A stretch of 64,000 bases of DNA from positions 86,614,001 to 86,678,000 of the forward strand of contig NW_025963779.1 of the NCBI RefSeq assembly GCF_023055435.1, read 5' to 3'. Position numbers and translations under genes: made by a program. Shown here in pieces: positions 38,298 through 50,013 of the stretch (its first letter is position 1; every line of letters starts with the position of its first letter). The stretch is from Haliotis rufescens. Taxonomy: Eukaryota. The notes beneath the pieces were generated by a model. That model saw nothing but the letters and a program-made list of their open reading frames with translations. It had not been told where the DNA came from and ran no database searches.

Positions 38298-39089
38298 ATG
38301 GAAAATTCTGAGAACATGTTTTCCGAGGAATCCCTGACAAGTGATGTGGCGCTTGTAGTCGAGGGCCAAAAGCTGCACGTGAACAAAACAGTACTTTCGC
38401 TTGCATCTCCAGTCTTTGAAAATATGTTCTTTGGGGAATTCAAAGAGAAAACCTTATTAGAAGTTCCCCTACCCGGGAAGACATACGACGACATGGTAGA
38501 GCTGTTACTGTGCATCTACCCATCGACCGCCAATCCGGTCACAGCAGACAACATTGACGCACTACTTCCACTAGCGGAGGAATACGTTATGACGTCTCTA
38601 AAACAACGCTGTCGCACGTTTGTCACGACCTACCTGAAACTAAACGTGAAAACTTTATCTAAGTCTCAGCTGGTACATTTCATGCATCTAGCAGACAAAT
38701 ATGACTTTGATGATGTCCTTGAGGATTGTCTAGCTCGGGCTGTGTACATTGAATACAGTGGCACCAATGGGCTACAACACAAGGAGGAGTTCCAAGATCT
38801 CAGTGACGAGGCGGCTGTCCAGTTCTTTAAGCGACGATTGGTGTTGGTGGGGGGACTTGTCAGACCGGTGTTGCAAATAGCCACCAATCCTTCTGGAGAG
38901 CTTCACGATGACTTACAGGCTATCATCGGCGACAGATGTAAATCGGGGGGATACTTTCATAGACAGCATAAATGTGGAGAATGTGAAGCTGCCTGTTGCA
39001 AGGAATGTCGGAAGCTCGGCACTAAAGCTATAAACCATTTGGCTCGTGTTATCCCGGAAATGCTGTCTGCTTTCAAAAAGCCTAAATAG
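38298..39089 (+). CDS. BTB/POZ protein type B, copy 2 (263 aa) with intact, divergent Cys/His tail
   Basis: BTB signature; tail CKSGGYFHRQHKCGECEAACCKEC; AATAAA at 39187. Confidence 0.92.
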   Translation: MENSENMFSEESLTSDVALVVEGQKLHVNKTVLSLASPVFENMFFGEFKEKTLLEVPLPGKTYDDMVELLLCIYPSTANPVTADNIDALLPLAEEYVMTSLKQRCRTFVTTYLKLNVKTLSKSQLVHFMHLADKYDFDDVLEDCLARAVYIEYSGTNGLQHKEEFQDLSDEAAVQFFKRRLVLVGGLVRPVLQIATNPSGELHDDLQAIIGDRCKSGGYFHRQHKCGECEAACCKECRKLGTKAINHLARVIPEMLSAFKKPK

Positions 39090-40309
39090 CTGGCGTAAAT
39101 CAGAGATTTTGATCAATTGTTATTTTGGATATAGACATTTACGTTAGTGACACGCCCCAAAAGAGAATATCAGTAGTGAATTGGCGAATAAAGTGTGTTT
39201 CGCTTCAGTCAGTAGCATAATAGCTATATCAAGGCGACCTGTAAATAATCGAGTCCTAGACATGCTCAAACAGTAGACACCGGATCTTAATTTAACTCGT
39301 TTCTAACAACAATCCTGTGTTACTAGGGACATACACAAGGAGGTATTAAAGACAAATTGTATACAACTATATAAGTGGTTCTTTGACAAAAGGTCTGAGT
39401 GAAACTGTTGACATCGAATATGTTCCACTTCTCTGTTGCTTATGTATATTAAAAGTTATTTCACAGAACGTCTAATCACAATGATCACAATGTATGTTAG
39501 AACCAATTTCCATTCATCAAGTTTTTTTTCTATTTCAACCCATCGTAGCTTGATATGGCTGAGTAAGTTACAATCACTTTGCCTTCTCATGTTCAAGATT
39601 TTCACAAAGTAAAGGGTAACATTATGTTTTGTTTGTTTGTTTGTTTGTCGTATCTCTGCCTTCCTTCAAAACGTCTTTACGTTGATAGATGGGACAAGAA
39701 AGGATTTCAGAGAAACTTAGCCTTATTTTTTTGTTTTATTTGTTGTTTAACGCCAGACTCAGCTATAGTCCAGCAATATGACGGCGGTCTGTAAATAATC
39801 GAGTCAGGACCAGACAATCCAGTGATTGATATCCTTCTATAATAAGCTGGATTATGACCAGGCCCCGATTTCTCGAAGCAAACTTAAGTTCAAAACTGAC
39901 TTAATTCTTGAGTTTTTACTCAAATTTGAGAAACCTCAGCAAAATGCATTTCTGGCTTATCGTGTCGTCGTCCTAAATCTGCTCAATGAACAAGCTGAGC
40001 TGGCATCAGGCCCGGCACGCTAGTATTGTCCTATCTAATCAAGCAACACTCCTGGTGTTAGGATCTCAGTAACGGTGGCGCCAGGTACGACTGGAGGGCA
40101 AAACATTCGTACTATGAGATTTGTTGCATGTTTGTTATGCCAATGTATAATTAATTTTTTCTTGTGGTGCATACGTGCAGTTTGTTGTATGTTGATACAT
40201 TATACTGTCGTGATTGTCTAGACCCAGGCTCCTGGTCCGCCCTCGCTATACAGCCTTAGAACATGAAGCCATGCCGTCCAACGGTTAATGGAGCCTAGAT
40301 TAGATTGTG

Positions 40310-43300
40310 CCCCTGTATACAGCTCCTACTACCTGGAGCAAGTTGCCACTCACCCTATATACAGCTCCTACAACCCGGAGCAGGTTTCCGCTCCCCCTTT
40401 ATACAGCTCCTACAACCTGGAGCAGGTTGCCACTCCCCCTTTATACAGCTCCTACAACCTTGAGCAGGTTGCCACTCCCCCTTTATACAGCTCAAAACAC
40501 CTAGAGCCGATTTCCACACACCCGTTGTACAGCTCCTACAGGAGCCTAGATTAGATTGTGCCCCTGTATACAGCTCCTACTACCTGGAGCAGGTTGCCAC
40601 TCCCCCTATATACAGCTCCTACAACCCGGAGCAGGTTGCCACTCCCCCTTTATACAGCTCCTACAACCCGGAGCAGGTTTCCGCTCCCCCTTTATACAGC
40701 TCCTACAACCTGGAGCAGGTTGCCGCTCCCCCTTTATACAGCTCCTACAACCTGGAGAAGGTTGCCACTCCCTCTTTATACAGCTCCTACAACTTGGAGC
40801 AGGTTGCCACTCCCCCTATATACAGCTCCTACAACCTGGAGCAGGTTGCCGCTCCCCCTTTATACAGCTCCTACAACCTGGAGCAGGTTGCCGCCCCCCC
40901 TTTATACAGCTCCTACAACCTGGAGCAGGTTGCCACTCCCCCTTTATACAGCTCCTACAACCTGGAGAAGGTTGCCACTCCCCCTTTATACAGCTCCTAC
41001 TACCTGGAGCAGGTTGCCACTCCCCCTATATACAGCTCCTACAACCCGGAGCAGGTTTCCGCTCCCCCTTTATACAGCTCCTACAACCTGGAGCAGGTTG
41101 CCGCTCCCCCTTTATACAGCTCCTACAACCTGGAGCAGGTTGCCACTCCCCCTTTATACAGCTCAAAACACCTAGAGCCGATTTCCACACACCCGTTGTA
41201 CAGCTCCTACAACCTGGAGCAGGTTGCCGCTCCCCCTTTATACAGCTCCTACAACCTGGAGCAGGTTGCCACTCCCCCTTTATACAGCTCAAAACACCTA
41301 GAGCCGATTTCCACGCACCCTTTATACAGCTCCTACAACCTGGAGCAGGTTGCCACTCCCTCTTTATACAGCTCCTACAACCTGGAGAAGGTTGCCACTC
41401 CCTCTTTATACAGCTCCTACAACCCGGAGCAGGTTGCCACTCCCCCTATATACAGCTCCTACAACCTGGAGCAGGTTGCCGCTCCCCCTTTATACAGCTC
41501 CTACAACCTGGAGCAGGTTGCCGCTCCCCCTTTATACAGCTCCTACAACCTGGAGCAGGTTGCCACTCCCCCTTTATACAGCTCCTACAACCTGGAGAAG
41601 GTTGCCACTCCCCCTTTATACAGCTCCTACTGCCTGGAGCAGGTTGTCACTCCCCCTTTATACAGCTCAAAACACCTAGAGCCGATTTCCACACACCCTT
41701 TATACAGCTCCTACAACCTGGAGAAGGTTGCCACTCCCCCTTTATACAGCTCAAAACACCTAGAGCCGATTTCCACACACCCTTTATACAGCTCCTACAA
41801 CCTGGAGCAGGTTGCCACTCCCCCTTTATACAGCTCCTACTGCCTGGAGCAGGTTGTCACTCCCCCTTTATACAGCTCAAAACACCTAGAGCCGATTTCC
41901 ACACACCCTTTATACAGCTCCTACAACCTGGAGAAGGTTGCCACTCCCCCTTTATACAGCTCCTACTGCCTGGAGCAGGTTGCCACTCCCCCTTTATACA
42001 GCTCCTACAACTTGGAGCAGGTTGCCACTCCCCCTTTATACAGCTCCTACAACCTGGAGCAGGTTGCCACTCCCCCTTTATACAGCTCAAAACACCTAGA
42101 GCCGATTTCCACGCACCCTTTATACAGCTCCTACAACCTGGAGCAGGTTGCCACTCCCCCTTTATACAGCTCCTACAACCTGGAGCAGGTTGCCACTCCC
42201 CCTTTATACAGCTCCTACTGCCTGGAGCAGGTTGTCACTCCCCCTTTATACAGCTCAAAACACCTAGAGCCGATTTCCACACACCCTTTATACAGCTCCT
42301 ACAACCTGGAGAAGGTTGCCACTCCCTCTTTATACAGCTCCTACAACCTGGAGAAGGTTGCCACTCCCTCTTTATACAGCTCCTACAACTTGGAGCAGGT
42401 TGCCACTCCCCCTATATACAGCTCCTACAACCTGGAGCAGGTTGCCGCTCCCCCTTTATACAGCTCCTACAACCTGGAGCAGGTTGCCACTCCCCCTTTA
42501 TACAGCTCCTACAACCTGGAGAAGGTTGCCACTCCCCCTTTATACAGCTCCTACTGCCTGGAGCAGGTTGTCACTCCCCCTTTATACAGCTCAAAACACC
42601 TAGAGCCGATTTCCACACACCCTTTATACAGCTCCTACAACCTGGAGAAGGTTGCCACTCCCCCTTTATACAGCTCCTACTGCCTGGAGCAGGTTGTCAC
42701 TCCCCCTTTATACAGCTCAAAACACCTAGAGCCGATTTCCACACACCCTTTATACAGCTCCTACAACCTGGAGCAGGTTGCCACTCCCCCTTTATACAGC
42801 TCCTACTGCCTGGAGCAGGTTGTCACTCCCCCTTTATACAGCTCAAAACACCTAGAGCCGATTTCCACACACCCTTTATACAGCTCCTACAACCTGGAGA
42901 AGGTTGCCACTCCCCCTTTATACAGCTCCTACTGCCTGGAGCAGGTTGCCACTCCCCCTTTATACAGCTCCTACAACTTGGAGCAGGTTGCCACTCCCCC
43001 TTTATACAGCTCCTACAACATGGAGCAAGTTGCCACTCCCCCTTTATACAGCTCAAAACACCTAGAGCCGATTTCCACGCACCCTTTATACAGCTCCTAC
43101 AACCTGGAGCAGGTTGCCACTCCCTCTTTATACAGCTCCTACAACCTGGAGAAGGTTGCCACTCCCCCTTTATACAGCTCCTACTGCCTGGAGCAGGTTG
43201 TCACTCCCCCTTTATACAGCTCAAAACACCTAGAGCCGATTTCCACACACCCTTTATACAGCTCCTACAACCTGGAGCAGGTTGCCACTCCCTCTTTATA

Positions 43301-43390
43301 CAGCTCCTACAACCTGGAGAAGGTTGCCACTCCCTCTTTATACAGCTCCTACAACCTGGAGCAGGTTGCCACTCCTTTATAAAGCTCATC
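40310..43390. repeat. 42-bp minisatellite, about 73 copies, with higher-order structure
   Basis: Same unit; the variant pattern recurs at a 966-bp offset. Confidence 0.97.
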
Positions 43391-43678
43391 CAACATAGAT
43401 CAGGCGACCCAGGGTTGCCACACCCGGCCCCTTACATGATTTTATGCGACCCAGGCGACCAAACGTCTTCACCGCCCCCAGAACCTAATAGTAATGATTT
43501 CCGTATTCTCCTTTTAGATTGGCCGTAGAATGGTATGGTTGCCCAAACTGTTGTCCCCTTTCAACCATCAGTCTAACCTTGACCAGAATATCCCTCGATT
43601 TCCGCTCTATACCGCTCATCGAACCTAGATCCAGGCTCTGCACCCCTTCACCCCTAATAGAGCCTACATCCAGGCTGT

Positions 43679-43710
<32 letters not shown>

Positions 43711-46704
43711 CCCCCTTCACCCTCGCTAGAACCTAGATCCAGGCTGCACCCCATTCTCATTCGAATTCACCCTCATAGAGCCTAGATCAAGGTTGCACCC
43801 CATTCTCCCCACCCCCCACCCCCACCCTTCACCCCTCATAGAGCCTAGATACATGCTGCACCCCCTCCCTCTTCAGCCCTCAGATACACATACAAACGTC
43901 AAAAGAAGTAGAGGTTCGAAGTAAAACGTTAGCTTGACCCTGTGCTGAGATCACGAGGGTCGGAACATGGCGGACACCTGACAGGAAGTACAATCTCAGC
44001 CCTGTACCACAATGCTCTGCTTCCTGCTAGTGATGACCTCACGTACATCAAGTCACCTCACTGTAGCAGAGCTCCACGAATTGTAGATTAGAAACGGCTT
44101 CTTTCAGTAGACTAATCGGATTTACGCTTAACTCAGCTTTGCAAAAGCTGGCTAGACGTAGATGATTTGTTCTTGTCTATTTATTTCACCTTTCGTTGTG
44201 TAAATACCATCTACGTCATTCTATGTATATGTACATAATACGCGCGTATGTGTGTGCGTGTGTGTGTGTGCATGTGCGTGTGTGCGTGTGTGTACATCAT
44301 GTTAATAGACATTTGTATCATTATCCGTCAATGTAAATATATATTTCCGGACAGATCAAAAAACTTTTTAAATGGTAAATTAAGTCATGAAGCTGTCATA
44401 CCCACCTCCTTAACAATGATGGCTGCAAAGCGAAACAACAGGTTCTATTATTAAGATTCATCGACTCACCAATTCATCCCGATATCAAAAACAACGCTAC
44501 GATACACAACAAGCTACGGGTGGGTAATTGAATGGGGAAATATTCAATATTTAACTGTTTTACACACTTCACATATTCTACAAGCTTACAGACACACTTG
44601 TTTTCTATTTATAGACCGGGGCGGTGGAGTAGCCTAGTGGCTGAAGCGTAAGATCGTAACGCCGAAGTCCTGGGGCTCGATTTGCCGCGTGGGTACAGTG
44701 TGTGAATTCCATGCCAGGTGTGATATTGCTGGAATATTCCTAAAAGCGGCGTAAAACCATACGCACTCACTACCAGCTGTTGACGTGTAAATTAAAATTA
44801 ATAATGTGAAACAAAATTCCCACACTAATTTCATGGTTGTGATATTATGCTATAGGCGGGAAAGATAGATCCATATGACCATCACCATCACTTATTTTGC
44901 TATTTGGTTAAAAAAAACGGATTGATTTCAACGTTATGAAAATATGTGGGCATGTATAACCATTTTGCTCAGCTTGGCCCATAGAGAGATTCTGGTCAGT
45001 AAGACTTTTTATTTTCATTAAATCGTGTTTGAAAACGTGTAGTTTGGGAAGATGTGGGGTCCGCCTCTACATATGATGTTGACAGTGACAACCAGGACTA
45101 GGTGTTGAGTGAGTGAGTGAGTGAGTGGTTGAGTGACCTTTTCGACAATATTTGAGTTATATCACGGCGACTCAGCTTAATGTGGGAGGCACATCCGAAG
45201 TGATGCAGGTCGTAGATGTTCATTGCCTTGGTCAAACCCACGAACATGAGTATCGTGTCGACAAACCTAGAAACCTAATCAGGGCGGATCGGGGTGTGCA
45301 ACCAGTGATCAAAGGTTTCTCGAAGGCCTCTGCACAGCGAATTGGCCTATGATCACAGGTATGGTGCTGAGAAACCTAGAAACATAATCGGGACGATCCG
45401 GGATTCGAACCCACAATCATAAGTCTCTGGTGTGCGCAAGGGACGCAACTCTGCACAGCGAATCGCGGCGCCTTAGACGACTGGGCCACCCAAGGGCATT
45501 TAGGGTGTAGTGTGATAGATTATGGTTCAACATCGAGTGACATGTTCCCCGATGATGATGAATGTCTCTGTAAATTATTATTTAAAAACTAAAGATAACT
45601 CATACCTTATTAATTAAACTAATATATGAAGGTCGGTTATTATAATCTACTAAACAATACAGTGTAGTCCAACATGTAATTGGGTGACTGTGAACAGTAC
45701 AAACCGCTACGAGCGTGGGGAAATGCATGGAACGCATGGGTCTTGCTCTGTGCATAAAACACAAGATTGTGCAGTGAGCGTGTTCTTGCTGCACCTGTGA
45801 AAGGGTTTTCTCTTCTTGTTGGTGGTGTGGTCGAGTGACAACTTCTCTTCCTTGTACACTGTTCTTGTGAAATATTAAAAACTCTTCTTTATTTCGCTTT
45901 CCGTATACACAACACTTCCTGACATGAGTGAGAACGAGTTATTGTCTTGTGAGTGAGCAGTGTTTTACGCCCTTGAACGGTTTTTCATTTACTTCACAGC
46001 GTGCAAGCTTTATGTGGGAGAAACCCGCGTGAAGCCCATTTCTGGTGTCCCCCGCCCTGATATTACTGGAATATTGGCGTAAAACCATACTCACTCACTC
46101 ACTCACTCACTCAAATGTAAATATTTCAATGAACAAAGGGACATGTACATCCAAAACACTATTTAAAAAGACCAAACGTGTTACAACTCCAGCAATTATT
46201 TAACTGCCATAAGTTATTATTCCAAAACTAACTATGTAAATTTGTAAACATTATAACGAAATTGTAAAAACTCTCGGTTAACCTCTGTCCACCGCAATGT
46301 AAAATACTGATTGTACCTTATGTGCCGATGGGCTCGGCCTGAGAGAAAAGTGCTGTTCTGTTTTGTTCTGGTATTCTGGAGCTCTTTGTGTCCTCCATAT
46401 TTCGTCAACTCCGGCTGAATGATATCACCAGTTGAACTTCTTACAGCGCGGATATCTTCCCTCACCTATACAAACCGAACACCTATATACCAGTAGTTGT
46501 GTGAAAATTGATGTGTATAATTTTAACAAGAACATTTTGTACAACTATTAAGTGAGTGAATAGATTTCAAACTGTCATCGACTGTTTACGGGGTGCTGGA
46601 GCAAGCAAACCAGTGGTTGATAGTGTGAGACTCAAACTGCACAAACAGGCACCGTGACACTCAGCCTTCCATAAAAGTGCACATTCTTCCTTGATTTCCG
46701 CGTA

Positions 46705-46877
46705 CAGTAAACTACGGGCATAACGAAATCAAAGGGGCCAGAAATTTTAGTTCGTTATAAGCGTAGTTCGTTATAAGAATATACACAGCATATATATGAC
46801 AAATGATCGGGACCAAACAATGCGTTCGTTATCATTAGTTCTTTAAAGAGCGTGTTCGTTATAAACATAGTTTACAG
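46705..46877. mobile_element. pogo/Tc1-like MITE (orthologue 32029-32189; region deleted in unit 1)
   Basis: TA|cagtaaactacgggcataacgaa ... ttcgttataaacatagtttacag|TA. Confidence 0.65.
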
Positions 46878-49221
46878 TAACTGCATCTATCTGGTGGACA
46901 CAAATGGACAACAACAGGCAGATTTAAGCCTTGCAACGTTTTCCTATCGTTTGTAATTTGTTGGTCAAATCCAATTTTCAAGGGACCATTTTCTTTTGTC
47001 CAGCAGATCACATAATTCAATAACAGTAGTTCAGATTCATGTGGCACCAAAGACGATCTGAGCTTTAGTTCACCCCAGTGGTGTCAAAGGTAGACTATAG
47101 ATATAGATTATAGTTAAAAATCCCCGGTCCATATACATAGGAGTTTCACGCCGCACTAAGCAATATTTCAGCTATTTGACGGCGGTCTGTAAATAATCGA
47201 GTCTGGAGCAGACAATCCAGTGATTGGCATCATGATCATCGATCCACGCAATTTGGATAGTTTTACGATGACATGCATCAACCAAGTCAGCGAGTCTGAC
47301 CACCCGATCCTGTTAGTCGCCTCTTACGACAAGCTCGTCACCACTTGGCTAAAAATAATGCCAATGTGACGTTACATTTTAACACACTCACTCACTCTCA
47401 CAACAAGGAAAGTCGCTTTTTACGGCAGGCATGGGTTGCTGAAGATCAATTCAAACCCGTATCTTCACCGGTATGTTTCGAAGAGAAATATAAAGCCAGT
47501 TTTAATATAACAGAATCATCTTGTTCAAACAGCCAACGTTACAGCTACGTGTGGACTCGGTATGTATGTTATCAATGTGGACAACAAGCCCCGCCTGGCG
47601 TGGGCTATTTATAACCACCCCGTTCTCGTGTCCTCACACTCAAACATTTTACAGACGATTCATTGAGTAATGAATGGAACACAAGTTTTTTGTTAAAAAG
47701 TAAATGCATACATTAACAACGATGTTTGTTTCATTGGAATAATACTTTTGAAAACATAACACGACTAGTGTTTCTAAACGGCGAGTTGGTTATTTCACAA
47801 ATCAAACGTTGTTTGCACGTAGAGATCGATTTAGCGCCTGACTCATATCAAGAGCACATAACTCTACACAATATTCGCAAGTGTTGATTCAATTATTCGG
47901 TAGAGCTCCTGCTAGCTGTACAAAGCCAGTGTTCCCTCCGTTGGATTTAGCAATGTTGTCTTATATTAAAATATATAATACACCAAGCCGTTTACAGGTT
48001 AACCATATCTAAACAAGAACTGATTGAAATAGGACGCTGAAAGGGCAACGTGTATAGTACGTCGGCGATGAAGACTACGTTGTGCCTACGTTGTGTCGAC
48101 GTTGTGCCTACGTTGTGCCGACGTTGTGTCGACGTTGTGCCCACGTGCTACGCTGTAGTCTCGGTGACTGCCCACCCGCTGACTGACAGTACACGGAGGG
48201 CCACCCTGCCGAAGAGACACAAGGTAGACGATAGAACACACAGTGAGTATAACATGACAGTTGACCAACACCATGTGACAGTGGACAATACTGTTCACTG
48301 CCGGAGACGTTTCTCGGTTTTATCCGGGTGTATATTCTTTACACAGGCCACTGTCGTGTCTCACAGTTCACAGTTACTTTGTATGAAGACACTACAGTCT
48401 GTATCTCCATGTACGTTTATGTCAGCTGTCACTTCAGTGTGTGAAATCACAGGGACATATAATACACTCGATTGTCACTGACAGTAGCTCACAAGGTATC
48501 GCAGGCCATTTATGTTCTAATGCATAGTAAACGTTACAGCTACACCATCTTCCCGAGTCAAGGAAGTTAACTGACTATAAAAGTCCAGTTTCCACCCTCG
48601 CCGAACTAGGCTGAAATTATGGATTATTTTGGTCTATTGCAGGATTTGTAAAGCAAGTGTACCGCCAAATCGGCGTCAACAGATATTTTCCAAATTTTTT
48701 CAAGTTTTTTAATCAAGGCACTCATGCCATTTGATGCACTTCGCGAAGTAAGACCCGTTTTATCACAATAAATTTTGATTATCGGTCAGATCATCTCGAC
48801 TGCACGCCGTCATTTTGCATGAAGCAAACGCAGGTGATATGAGAGGTGGAATATGATTGGTCAATAGGAGGGACATAGAAGGATCGAGACTTGTAATAGC
48901 CACTGGTGGCGCAACGATCGAGTCTAGAAATGCCAGTCTAGTTCGGCGCGGGTAGGCTTTTACAGTCAGTTGACACCTTGCTTCGGGAAGAAGCAGCTAC
49001 ACATGTACTGTGTATATAATGTAAAATGTACAAAAAACAAACAAACTGTTATTTGGTGATTATTTCAAAGAACTTACGTTTTGTCAAGCATTGAATAATT
49101 CGTCGTGGATAGGGTCTTGGGGAAAGTCTGAAGTCATCGCTATGCTTTGTTTCACCACAAGAACATGGAGCTGTGCAAAAGAAATTTTCAAATGTTTCTA
49201 AACTTTCTCATTACAGCGGCC

Positions 49222-50013
49222 ATGGAAAAGTCAATGAACATGTTTTCCGAGGCATGCCTAACCAGTGATGTGGCGCTTGTAGTCGAGGGTAAAAAGCTGC
49301 ACGTGAACAAAACAGTACTTTCGATTGCATCTCCAGTCTTTGAAAAAATGTTCTTTGGGGAATTCAAAGAGAAAACCTTATTAGAAGTTCCGCTACCCGA
49401 GAAGACATACGACGACATGGTAGAGCTGCTTCTGTGCATTTACCCATCGACCACCAATCCGATCACAGCAGACAACATTGACGCACTACTTCCATTAGCG
49501 GAGGAATACCTTATGACGTCACTAAAACAACGCTGTCGCACGTTTGTCACAACCTACCTGAAACTAAACGTGAAAACTCTATCTAAGTCTCAGCTGGTAC
49601 ATTTCATGCATCTAGCAGACAAATATGACTTTAATGATGTTCTTGAGGATTGTCTGACCCAGGCTGTGTACATTGAATACAGTGATGTCAATGGGCTACA
49701 ACACCAGGAGGGGTTCCAAGATCTCTGCGACAAGACAGCTGTCCAGTTCTTTAAGCGACGATTGGTGTTGGTGGAGGGACTTGTCAGACCGGTTTTGGAG
49801 AGCTCCACCACTGCTTCCGGGAACCTCCAAGAGGACTTCCAGACTATCATCAGCGGCAAGTGTAACGAGTTCTCCCACCGCCATGCAAGGCACGAATGTC
49901 GAGAATGTAAGGCTGTGTGTTGCGGGCGATGTCGGAAGCTCGGCACTGAAGCGATGGAAGATTTAGCTCACGTTATCAAGAATATGCTGCCTGCTTTCAA
50001 AGAGTCTGAATAG
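49222..50013 (+). CDS. BTB/POZ protein type A, copy 3 (263 aa)
   Basis: Intact ORF, near-identical to A1. Confidence 0.92.
   Translation: MEKSMNMFSEACLTSDVALVVEGKKLHVNKTVLSIASPVFEKMFFGEFKEKTLLEVPLPEKTYDDMVELLLCIYPSTTNPITADNIDALLPLAEEYLMTSLKQRCRTFVTTYLKLNVKTLSKSQLVHFMHLADKYDFNDVLEDCLTQAVYIEYSDVNGLQHQEGFQDLCDKTAVQFFKRRLVLVEGLVRPVLESSTTASGNLQEDFQTIISGKCNEFSHRHARHECRECKAVCCGRCRKLGTEAMEDLAHVIKNMLPAFKESE

Larger units (their letters stand above)
25065..39941 (+). repeat. Segmental duplication unit 2 (BTB-A2, BTB-B2, truncated antisense LINE; no terminal LINE)
   Basis: Collinear with unit 1. Confidence 0.92.

Noticed and set aside
40556-43528. 990-aa and 862-aa ORFs (and similar ORFs at 7906, 25330, 59130) as protein genes
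   Set aside because: The 42-nt unit lacks stops in several frames, so long ORFs are expected by construction; frames break differently in each duplicate. Kept only as a testable note.
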